NCBI GenBank assembly: GCA_963701075.1
Contig: OY969559.1
Span: forward strand, 576,001 to 640,000
DNA length: 64,000 nucleotides
DNA from: an uncultured Nitrososphaerota archaeon
GTDB taxonomy: Archaea > Thermoproteota > Nitrososphaeria > Nitrososphaerales > Nitrosopumilaceae
Direction: 5' to 3'
Positions within the stretch are counted from its first letter, which is position 1. Each line of letters begins with the position of its first letter. The position numbers and the translations under genes were made by a program. Below the pieces are notes generated by a model. That model did not search any database, was not told where the DNA came from, and saw only the letters and a list, made by a program, of their open reading frames with translations. Shown here piece by piece: positions 53,884 to 62,992 of the stretch.

Positions 53884-54966
53884 TTGAAAATAGGAATCAT
53901 TCATGGATTTGTGGGTGGTGGGGGAGGGACGGAAACAACTCTACTTACTCTAATTGATGCCTTGGTAGAACACAAACATACTGTGAACCTATACACAGTT
54001 TCAAAACCCACAGTTCAATTGCCAAAAATAAAAGTACAATCTGTCTTTCCTTTTCGCTTGCCAGCTTTTGGTTTGTATCAGAGATATCTTGAATCAAAAC
54101 TAACCGAAAAGGCACAAAACGATGATCTGATCATACAGGTATCTGGAGGTCTAGCAATACCAAATAGAAAAGGCCAAAAAATTATAATTTACTGTCACCA
54201 TGATTTCAGAAACGAAACCGAAAAAGATGTTACAAAATACAAGGGCATATGGTCGGCATATTACAAGCCATACTACGCTCTAAGCCAAAAATTTGTTAGC
54301 CAGATAGGAGATGAAAATATCATACTTGTAGCAAATTCAAAATTCATACAAGATTCTCTTAAGAGTAGATTTGGGAAAGATTCTATTGTAATTTATCCGC
54401 CAGTTGATGTTGATATGTTTAAGAATGACATGGATAAAGAACAACGAGTACTCACCATATCGCGATATTCTCAGGAAAAGAACTTGGAATTTGCAATAGA
54501 TGCATTAAATGAGATAGATACGCCGTATACCATTATTGGCAATACCAAAACTAGAATAAATGAGCTATATTATGAGAGTCTTGCCACAAAAATCAAGAAC
54601 GGAAAATCAACTGGAAAAATACTGCTAATAAAAAACATAGAACGCAGCAAAGTGATAGCGAACCTGAAGAGATCGAAAGTGTATTTTCACGCATCACCTG
54701 AAACCTTTGGAATTTCTGTTGTGGAAAGCATAGCAGCTGGCTGTATTCCAATAGTGCCCAACAACTCTGCTCATGTGGAAACGGTTCCATTTGATGTCCT
54801 ACGATATGAACCCAATGACAAAAGAGATGCCCAAGAAAAAATCAAGAAGGCACTCTCAGGGGAGTATGATGGTTTACTGAATCAACTTAGAAATTCCATT
54901 GATGTTTATGGAAAGGACACTTTTAAGAAATCTATGACAAACTTCATTGAAAATATAGGAAACTAA
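53884..54966 (+). CDS. GT4 glycosyltransferase (Alg11-like)
   Basis: GGGGTE, VIYPPVD, SRYSQEKN, ETFGISVVE. Confidence 0.88.
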   Translation: MKIGIIHGFVGGGGGTETTLLTLIDALVEHKHTVNLYTVSKPTVQLPKIKVQSVFPFRLPAFGLYQRYLESKLTEKAQNDDLIIQVSGGLAIPNRKGQKIIIYCHHDFRNETEKDVTKYKGIWSAYYKPYYALSQKFVSQIGDENIILVANSKFIQDSLKSRFGKDSIVIYPPVDVDMFKNDMDKEQRVLTISRYSQEKNLEFAIDALNEIDTPYTIIGNTKTRINELYYESLATKIKNGKSTGKILLIKNIERSKVIANLKRSKVYFHASPETFGISVVESIAAGCIPIVPNNSAHVETVPFDVLRYEPNDKRDAQEKIKKALSGEYDGLLNQLRNSIDVYGKDTFKKSMTNFIENIGN

Positions 54967-54973
54967 ATGATTA

Positions 54974-55697
54974 CTATGGGTCTGACATGTGATATTTTTT
55001 CCATCGTTCTGTATCAAGACTCATATCCATTGTCAATCTCGGGCCTGTGTAATCATTGATTGTCATAGGTTGAATTTCCGGAGTGGTTAATTTAGCCAAT
55101 TCAAACATTGAAATCTTTTTGTCTCCGACAATGTGCACATAACCGCACAAATTTTCTTTCTGAAGATCCATTATTCCCTGGGATACATCTTGTGCAAAAA
55201 GATACGTTCCAAATCTGTCTACAAACGCACGTGGGTAAGGCCATTTTTTCTTTGCCACAAAATTGGTTCTTATAATCAAATATTCAGCAAGTCTGTTTAC
55301 TTGATATTCTCCTATCAATTTTGTCAAAGCATAGAAATTCTCAGGATATGGAATGGAGACTTTCTTTATACATTCCAGTGTGTCCATCGAAAACACAAGC
55401 AGTACTGATATAGATGAATTTAGTGTCTCTTTTTTTGTCAAGAACTGCATCCACCAAGTTTTTGGTGCCTTCTACGTTTGTATTCCATGCAAGTGGTCTG
55501 TTCTCTTCACATGGTCTTATGTGAATCATTGCAGCAGTATGTATTATGGTATCAAAGTCATGATTTTTTATATAGTTGATGACATTTTTCTTGTTAATTA
55601 TGTCAAGTTCCTGGTGTGACGGTGTTAACGCACTTGGAAAAATCTTCTTTAATTCGGTGCCAAGAGCTCCATTTCCACCTGTGATTAAAACACTCAA
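54974..55697 (-). CDS. RmlD-like NDP-4-keto-6-deoxysugar reductase (split by +1 indel at 55359)
   Basis: ITGGNGALG, HTAA, NVEGT, ISTACVFDG, restored YKESSIPYPENFYALTK. Confidence 0.85.
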
Positions 55698-55747
55698 CTT
55701 TCTTCTTATGGTTCAAGTAAACTATGTTGTAAACCTTTCCCGAAAAT

Positions 55748-56845
55748 CTAGTACTGTAGCCTGTCTATTTTTCCACTCAATATGTTGGCAACTCTCAAGG
55801 CAGTCTTACCGTCCCCCAGTGATCTATTCCATTCTAGATCATTTTCATGTGAGGTAATCACCTTGACTGCGGTTTCTACATTTTTTGGATCTAATCCTGC
55901 AAGTATGTTATACCCTTCTTCTATGTATTCAGGTCTCTCAGTGCTCTCGCGTATTGTAACGCAAGGTTTCTTAAAGTACAGCGCCTCTTCTGGAACTGTA
56001 CCGGAATCTGTAATGAGGCAAAATGCATTCTTCTCTAATTTGGAAAAATCAAAAAAACCGAGAGGTTTTATCAATTCAAGATTGTTCGGTATCTTTCTTT
56101 TCTTGATCTTACTTAGCGTCCTTGGGTGTATTGGATAGATAACTCTCTTCTTGAATTTCTTACCTATTGCTTGCAGAGAAGAAAAGATTTTTTCCAAGGA
56201 CTCTGGAGAATCAACATTTTCACTACGATGAGCTGTAACCAAAAAGTAACTATCTGGTTCCAAATTCATTTTTTCCATGATGTTGCTAGATTCTATCTTG
56301 GGTGAAAAGTAGTCTATGACATCAATTATTGGATTTCCTACGACGTATATTTTGCCTGGATGAATGTTTTCTCGAATCAGGTTTTCTCTGGAGTATGTTG
56401 TATATGGCAACAAAAGAGAAGAGAGATGGTCAATTATGACTCTGTTTTTTTCTTCAGGCATACGAAAGTCATAGCTACGCATACCAGCCTCAAGATGAGC
56501 AATCTTTATTCTATGATGAGCAGCAGGAATTGCTGCAAGACCGCTATTTGTGTCGCCTAAAATTAGCAAAAGATCAGGTTTTTCCTTCAATAGTATATCT
56601 TCTGATTTTGTTATGACATCTGAAACCTCTGGCCCATACTTGCCTGTTCTTATTTTCAGGTCATAGTCAGGTTTGCGAATCTCAAGTTCATCAAAAAAGA
56701 CCAAATTTAACTCGTGTGTGTAATTCTGGCTGGTGTTGATCATCACATGATCAAAATTTGCATCTAGTAAGGAGAAAATCCTACTCAATCTGATTATCTC
56801 GGGCCTTGTCCCAAAAATGGACATTATTTTCATATGATATGGCAT
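55748..56845 (-). CDS. Non-hydrolysing UDP-HexNAc 2-epimerase (WecB/WbjD-like)
   Basis: GTRPEIIR, GDTNS, HLEAGMRS, PEEKNR, TAHRSEN, TDSG, TERPE. Confidence 0.92.
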   Translation of the reverse strand: MPYHMKIMSIFGTRPEIIRLSRIFSLLDANFDHVMINTSQNYTHELNLVFFDELEIRKPDYDLKIRTGKYGPEVSDVITKSEDILLKEKPDLLLILGDTNSGLAAIPAAHHRIKIAHLEAGMRSYDFRMPEEKNRVIIDHLSSLLLPYTTYSRENLIRENIHPGKIYVVGNPIIDVIDYFSPKIESSNIMEKMNLEPDSYFLVTAHRSENVDSPESLEKIFSSLQAIGKKFKKRVIYPIHPRTLSKIKKRKIPNNLELIKPLGFFDFSKLEKNAFCLITDSGTVPEEALYFKKPCVTIRESTERPEYIEEGYNILAGLDPKNVETAVKVITSHENDLEWNRSLGDGKTALRVANILSGKIDRLQY

Positions 56846-56945
56846 GATGTTATTGCCAAATTTAAAAGGTTTTCAGATGACTGCAAAATTCATTTCAGGG
56901 TTTGCACTATTGAGCAATTAAGACTTATTAACTCAGCGTCAATCA

Positions 56946-57962
56946 TTGCATTTGAGTTTGGATTATTCATCGGTCATAAATGACCAAAATATTCTGATAA
57001 CAGGCGGTACAGGAAGCTTTGGCCATCAAATGATAAAAGAATTAATGAGATACAAACCACGAATTATCCGAATCTTTAGCAGAGATGAAGATAAACAACA
57101 TCTCATGAGACAGGAGTTTGAAAATGACCCAATAATTAAGAGAATGCAGTTTGCCATAGGAGATGTTAGAGACTATGATAGGCTTTACACTGTAACAAAA
57201 GATATTGATATAATATTTCATGCTGCGGCACTGAAACAAGTCCCAACTGTAGAATCTCATCCTTTTGAGGCAGTAAAAACAAACATCATCGGGGCATACA
57301 ACATAGTCAAGGCATCTGTTGCCAGAAAAGTATCTCAAGTGGTTGCAATAAGCACTGACAAGGCAGTAAAACCAGTCAATGCCATGGGAATGACAAAAGC
57401 ATTGCAAGAAAAAATAATTCTCTCTGATGATTTGTCAAAAGACGATACGATATTTTCCTGTGTTAGGTATGGCAATGTTCTTGGAAGTAGGGGAAGCGTT
57501 ATGCCGTTATGGGATTTGAAGATAGCAAAAAAGGAACCGCTTCCTATAACTCATCCTGATATGACTAGATTCATGTTAACGTTGAGCCAAGCCATAGATC
57601 TCGTCTTTTATTCGATAAAAAATGGAAAGGGGGGAGAAATATTTGTCAAGAAAGCGCCTGCTGCCAAAATAGTTGATCTTGCAAAAGCATATGCCCAATT
57701 GAAGACAAATCACAAAGATTATCCTATAAAATACATAGGTATACGGGCAGGAGAAAAAATTGATGAGATTCTAGTATCGGAAGAAGAGATGCGGCGAGTT
57801 GAAGAAAGAAAGGATCATTTTGTGATAAAACATGAAGAAGAATTTGATATGCAATCGTTGAAAAGATCTGTCAAATTAAAGGAATATGGTTCTGCCACTG
57901 TAAAACACCTGAACAAAAATGAGCTAATGGAACTTATGAAGAAACTTAAATGGATTACTTGA
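56946..57962 (+). CDS. UDP-GlcNAc 4,6-dehydratase/epimerase (WbjB/FnlA/CapE-like)
   Basis: TGGTGSFG, SRDEDKQ, HAAALKQVP, STDKAV..NAMGMTK, RYGNVLGSRGS. Confidence 0.9.
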   Translation: MHLSLDYSSVINDQNILITGGTGSFGHQMIKELMRYKPRIIRIFSRDEDKQHLMRQEFENDPIIKRMQFAIGDVRDYDRLYTVTKDIDIIFHAAALKQVPTVESHPFEAVKTNIIGAYNIVKASVARKVSQVVAISTDKAVKPVNAMGMTKALQEKIILSDDLSKDDTIFSCVRYGNVLGSRGSVMPLWDLKIAKKEPLPITHPDMTRFMLTLSQAIDLVFYSIKNGKGGEIFVKKAPAAKIVDLAKAYAQLKTNHKDYPIKYIGIRAGEKIDEILVSEEEMRRVEERKDHFVIKHEEEFDMQSLKRSVKLKEYGSATVKHLNKNELMELMKKLKWIT

Positions 57963-57996
57963 TTTTATATATTTTGTAAACACGTAATTTTTCATA

Positions 57997-58886
57997 TTAG
58001 GTTTTTTCTTTCATGTTCATGTATGACTTTAGTATTGAACCTGAAACCGATTTTGGTAATACTTTGAACATCACATCTCTTAACATGTGACGACTTCTTG
58101 AGGTCAATGGCTTGCTCTTTTGATATTCTTTTATGGCTTTTTCGTATTTTGTTAGCTCGTCTGGGGAAGCTTATCTAGTATGAATTTTCGTATCTTGTTG
58201 GTTTGAGCTAAAGATATGGTTACTTTTTCCTTTGTAAGTTGTTTTTGATGTACTCTGTATTTTGCTAATGTTTTTGGTATTAGATGTAGTCTACAGTTGT
58301 GTAAAACACAATATCTTAACCAAAACTCATAGTCTTCCTTGTAACCAATTGTTTCATTGAAAGCACCATATCTCTGAATTGCTGATCTGTGGATCAAACT
58401 AGTCGTTCCATTTCCAAAATAATGGTCAAGTAAAATTACACCTTGTTGAAAAGTTTCTAGTTGGTTGTAGTTTGGTTCTGTGAATTTTTCAACCACGTCT
58501 CCATCTGAATTTATGATGTCATAATTTGAATAAAATATGGTATTTTCCTTGTTTTCTACCTTTGAAGACTCTAAGATCATCTCTTCTAAAGCATTGGGAT
58601 ATAGTATATCATCGGCACTCAACCACTTGAACCATTCACCGGACATGTTCTTTATTCCTAAATTTAATGCAGATGCGGTACCACCATTTTTCTTTGTAAT
58701 TGTCATTATTTTGTCTGAATATCTTTTTAGGATTTCTGGTGACTGATCTGTAGATCCGTCATCTACAGCGATAATTTCTATCTTGCTATATGTTTGGTTT
58801 AGAGCTGAATCAATACATTCTTCTAAGAATCCTTGTGCATTATACACAGGAATAACTATTGAAATTTTATCATTCTGTTGATTCAA
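57997..58886 (-). CDS. GT2 glycosyltransferase (C-terminus displaced by probable -1 indel near 58165)
   Basis: SIVIPVYN, DDGSTD, ADD, EDYEF; alternative frame continues ELTKYEK...KEKT* to 57997. Confidence 0.88.
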
Positions 58887-58921
58887 TAAATATCTTTTAT
58901 CTAGGGGTTATTTTTGGTTAA

Positions 58922-59455
58922 TTGTTAATTGATATACAGGTGAGAGATAGAAAAGTCATGGTCAGAAGAATTGCATTTCGAGCTTGGTTCTATTTTAGGC
59001 AGGGTTGGGCTCAATATTTTGCATTTCTATTTGCAGCCGTGAACACTATGACTGTAACATACTATCTGGCAATCAAGGACGTTCCAGTTCTGAAAGATAT
59101 ATTTTTTGCATTTTGGGTATACCTTGTTTTCGTATCAGGAGTTGGTATTCCAATATTAGTCGGCGTCGGATATTTTCACTATAAAAAAAGTCGAGCGTAT
59201 CATGCAGAAGCAGACATAACCACAGAATCCAATCCATATTATTACAAACTTCCTCCAGGTTATTGGAGAGAAGTAATTATGCCAACATATCTAATTGTCA
59301 CAACTCTTCTCATGAAGATAACAAAAAACGAAAAATTAACGGAAGAGGAATTAAAAAAAATACAGGACATGCAAGAAAAAATGGATGCTCTGATAAAAGG
59401 AGGACTCATAGGTACAGAGAGTAGTAAATTTTTGTCAGATAAGAAAGGTCAATAG
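58922..59455 (+). CDS. Hypothetical membrane protein
   Basis: RAWFYFRQGW followed by two TM helices. Confidence 0.7.
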   Translation: MLIDIQVRDRKVMVRRIAFRAWFYFRQGWAQYFAFLFAAVNTMTVTYYLAIKDVPVLKDIFFAFWVYLVFVSGVGIPILVGVGYFHYKKSRAYHAEADITTESNPYYYKLPPGYWREVIMPTYLIVTTLLMKITKNEKLTEEELKKIQDMQEKMDALIKGGLIGTESSKFLSDKKGQ

Positions 59456-59464
59456 CAACTCCGT

Positions 59465-60589
59465 CTATGACGCAATATTTCTTCCAATAGAGCTAAAATC
59501 TCTATGAGTTAAATTCTCAATAACTGATAACATCTTAAAAATGAATTTGTATTTCATCTTTGCATGATGGGTCTTTTTCTTAACTGATTCCTCAAAGACT
59601 TCTTTCCATTGCTGAACCGTTTTTTTGTTGTCAAATATTTTTTTTACCCACGTATTTTGTGTCATCGCTAGCTGTTCTCTAAATTCTTTATCTAAAACTA
59701 TTTTGTCTATGTATACAGCTATTTCTTTAGGATCATTACTTTCCTTGTAAAAAGGATCATTTTCAGAAAAATTTTCTGGCGAATAACAAAATATTGGTTT
59801 ATTACACAAGGCAGCCTCTCTTTCAGTAGATCCACAACTCGTCATTGATATCTGTCCAAGTAGAGCATCCATTGATACCAAGTATGACGGCATGTCTTTA
59901 CGCTTGATTTTTGGAATTATTTCTATCTTGGATGGTTTTGCTTTTAAAATCTTAGCGTAATAATCGCCTGATCCCCAATCAGTTTGTAAAACTACAAAAT
60001 CAGACTTGGTCAGTTCGACAGATTTCCATAAAATATGATGTCCCTTATCGGGATCAATTCTCTGAGGGCTCAAAAAGGTAAATTTACCCGGTTTTAATTC
60101 TCTTTTCTCTACATCTGGATTAAACATCTTGTTGTCAACAAGTGGGAATATGATCTTTGCATCCTGTCTATATTTTTGCAAGATTTTAGCATCATGTGAT
60201 ATTGCAGCCACAACTAATGATGCATTATCTAGTGCATCCTTATACAATTCATCGAGAAGATTTTTTTTGAATGATGATAGTTCCTTTCTTATCCTGTTTT
60301 GTGGATCTATGTAAGCATCCACAAAATATATCACATAGTTTACCTCAGCCAGATAACAAATTGAAGACGCAATCCAGCCAAAGCATAAAAACACATCATA
60401 TTCTTTTGATAATTGTTTTATCTGTTGTATCTGTGAGTAAAGACCTTTGCCCTTTACAAAAAATTTTGGATTTTTTACTTGTGATATGACAGCATGTTCC
60501 AAAAAGTAAATTGCGCTAACTTCATCAGGATAATAATTCTGCAAGATGTATGCAAAACTAGATGAATCATGAACAACTAAAATTTTCAT
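59465..60589 (-). CDS. GT-B/GT4-like glycosyltransferase
   Basis: PLVD, QRIDPDKG, EREAALCNKPI; glycan-locus context. Confidence 0.7.
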   Translation of the reverse strand: MKILVVHDSSSFAYILQNYYPDEVSAIYFLEHAVISQVKNPKFFVKGKGLYSQIQQIKQLSKEYDVFLCFGWIASSICYLAEVNYVIYFVDAYIDPQNRIRKELSSFKKNLLDELYKDALDNASLVVAAISHDAKILQKYRQDAKIIFPLVDNKMFNPDVEKRELKPGKFTFLSPQRIDPDKGHHILWKSVELTKSDFVVLQTDWGSGDYYAKILKAKPSKIEIIPKIKRKDMPSYLVSMDALLGQISMTSCGSTEREAALCNKPIFCYSPENFSENDPFYKESNDPKEIAVYIDKIVLDKEFREQLAMTQNTWVKKIFDNKKTVQQWKEVFEESVKKKTHHAKMKYKFIFKMLSVIENLTHRDFSSIGRNIAS

Positions 60590-60689
60590 ATCTTTGTATC
60601 TTATTATGCGCCTATTTTTAATTATTTGAGATCTATTATCATAAAATATATCTAAACTGTTATTTATTCATCTAGTTGAAGTCTGGTAG

Positions 60690-61901
60690 TTGAAACCAAA
60701 TACTGGCAAGACTTCTATTCGTAATTTTTTAACAATTAGATACAATCCACTAGAAAGAATTACTAATACACCTATTAAATGGAATAATTTTCGAAACAAT
60801 GCATCGGATTCTGATGGATATAAAACCGAAAAATTGCTAAAAAATGCGTTTTTGAAAATACCTCATGTAAAAAAAGGTAGGTTTGTTGTATCGCTTAGTA
60901 GTGGAATAGATTCCACATTGTGTCTTACATTACTACGTAAAACATTTCCTCAGGAAAAAATTATTGCAGTATGTGGTGTATTTGGAAAAGATCAAGATGA
61001 ATCTAAAAGAGCAAGAGAAATTGCCAACAAATTTGATGCAGACTTTAAGGTAATCTACATGGATTCAATCTTCACTAATATGCCAGAAATAATATCTATT
61101 TCGGGTAAACCAAGATGGAATACATATCAGCATGTAATAGCAAGAGAAGCAAAAAAACATGGCGATGTTCTCATTACGGGAGATGGTGCAGATGAGATTT
61201 TCGGAGGTTATACTTTTAGATACAATAAGTTCCTGAATTTGTTACAACCCAAAGACAACTGGAGAATTAAAACCATAAACTATCTGGAGTGTCACAATAG
61301 AGACTGGGTTCCAGATCAAGAGCATCTTTTTGGTTCTGCTATAAAGTTTAACTGGAATGAAATCTATGAGTATTTCAGACCTTATTTCTCAAATCGTTTA
61401 CATCCTCTTGAACAAGTAATGTTGGCAGATTATAATGGAAAATTATTGTATGATTTTTTACCTACATCCTTTTCTATTTTCAAACATTACGGAATTAATG
61501 GTTTTCAACCATTTCGTGACAAAGAAGTTGTTGATTTTGCGTTGCGTATTCCTGTTAGGCAAAAATATGATCCTGTTAACCAAAAGGGTAAGCTAGTTTT
61601 ACGCAAAATTGCTAAACGCTTGGGTGTGGAACATATTGATGAAAAAAAGGGTTTTTCGCCATCTTTGTGGTTTGATTGGAAGGATCATGGAAAGAAAATA
61701 TGCCAAACTTATCTTATGCAAAAAGATAGTCAAATCTTCAAGAGGAAACTAATCAATCACAATTGGATTTTGCGTTCATTCGAACGTGTTGAGAATGATG
61801 GAGATGTAAGATACTTGAATAGACTGATCTCAATATTTGCGTTAGAAATATGGTATAGAATATTTGTAACAAACGAGATGAAAAAAACTACACAGCTGTG
61901 A
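60690..61901 (+). CDS. Asparagine-synthetase-type ATP pyrophosphatase domain only (putative sugar amidation)
   Basis: SLSSGIDS, TGDGADEIFGGY, PF.D, KKGF; no N-terminal Ntn glutaminase domain. Confidence 0.8.
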   Translation: MKPNTGKTSIRNFLTIRYNPLERITNTPIKWNNFRNNASDSDGYKTEKLLKNAFLKIPHVKKGRFVVSLSSGIDSTLCLTLLRKTFPQEKIIAVCGVFGKDQDESKRAREIANKFDADFKVIYMDSIFTNMPEIISISGKPRWNTYQHVIAREAKKHGDVLITGDGADEIFGGYTFRYNKFLNLLQPKDNWRIKTINYLECHNRDWVPDQEHLFGSAIKFNWNEIYEYFRPYFSNRLHPLEQVMLADYNGKLLYDFLPTSFSIFKHYGINGFQPFRDKEVVDFALRIPVRQKYDPVNQKGKLVLRKIAKRLGVEHIDEKKGFSPSLWFDWKDHGKKICQTYLMQKDSQIFKRKLINHNWILRSFERVENDGDVRYLNRLISIFALEIWYRIFVTNEMKKTTQL

Positions 61902-61999
61902 GTTATTTTATGAAATAAAATCATATTGAACTTGTTCAATACAAGATTGTTAAAACAAAATCTGAACAATTCTTAGAGAACTTAAAATTATGATGTTAT

Positions 62000-62023
62000 G
62001 ATATCAAAGGATCCTTTGATATC
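62000..62023. repeat. Perfect 24-bp palindrome
   Basis: GATATCAAAGGATCCTTTGATATC equals its own reverse complement. Confidence 0.95.
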
Positions 62024-62087
62024 TGTAGTAAAAGATACAAAATTGTATGACTGTTAATTATCTGAACACTGGTAAACTGGTGATATA

Positions 62088-62136
62088 GTTTAGTGTTTTT
62101 TCTATTCGTAATACTACTGTAGATGACTCGAAGAAC
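62088..62136 (+). repeat. Left arm of perfect 49-bp inverted repeat
   Basis: GTTTAGTGTTTTTTCTATTCGTAATACTACTGTAGATGACTCGAAGAAC. Confidence 0.97.
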
Positions 62137-62741
62137 CTTCAGTGTCATTATCTGATTTTTTAAAATAATGGAATTTTACATCTCTTCCCTTAATCTTCAC
62201 TTCTCCTACTACCTTTGCAGGAATGCCAAATGCGATTGAATAGGCTGGAATATCCCTATTTACCAAACTATGTGCTCCAATAACAGAACATTTCCCTATT
62301 TTTACACCCATTGTTACTATTGAATACGGTCCAAGATAACAAAAATCTCCAATTGTGGTTTTATTTTTTTCATATGAAGCTTTTCCTCCCGTTAGAGCCC
62401 ATTTTACTGTCTGATGAGTATAAATTTGAACTCCACTACTTATACTGCAATAATCTCCAATCTCAAGTGTTCCTCCGCTTCCATCTAAGAGTGTATATGG
62501 TCCTATCCATGTTTTTTTACCTATTTTCACTTTTCCATATGTGTAATTATTGTGGTAGATGCTACTGCCTTTCTTCGCTTTCAAAAAATTTGCCTTTTCC
62601 CATCTGTCAAACAACAGACTCTTCAAATGGTAGAACCCTTTTCCAATCTTTGGCCATCTCTTTTCTTAATTGGTTATGAATTTGCAAAAGTTGAGCACGC
62701 AGGTTTACTTCGTTAATTGTCTTCTTATTTGATTTTGTCAA
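62114..62741 (-). CDS. Hexapeptide-repeat (LbH) acyltransferase (split by +1 indel at 62618)
   Basis: TTG 62741; restored LPFEELLFDRW; IG hexapeptide repeats, YTH, GIPAK; stop lies inside the left IR arm. Confidence 0.88.
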
Positions 62742-62824
62742 TTAGCCAAAACTACTTTCGTCCTAAACGATTTTAATATTCCTATTCAGCTCTTGTCTTA
62801 AGTATTATTATAACTGAATACTTA

Positions 62825-62873
62825 GTTCTTCGAGTCATCTACAGTAGTATTACGAATAGAAAAAACACTAAAC
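62825..62873 (-). repeat. Right arm of perfect 49-bp inverted repeat
   Basis: GTTCTTCGAGTCATCTACAGTAGTATTACGAATAGAAAAAACACTAAAC, exact reverse complement of 62088-62136. Confidence 0.97.
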
Positions 62874-62992
62874 CACTCATCAAAAAAACATTGAAGAAAT
62901 GAGAGAAATGCAAACTCTTCATGTATTTTATACTTTAATACATGCTTGTGATCGTATGATTATTTAAATTAGGACTACAATGTGAATATTTA

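Noticed and set aside
62088-62873. Autonomous IS element
   Set aside because: No transposase ORF and no flanking target-site duplication
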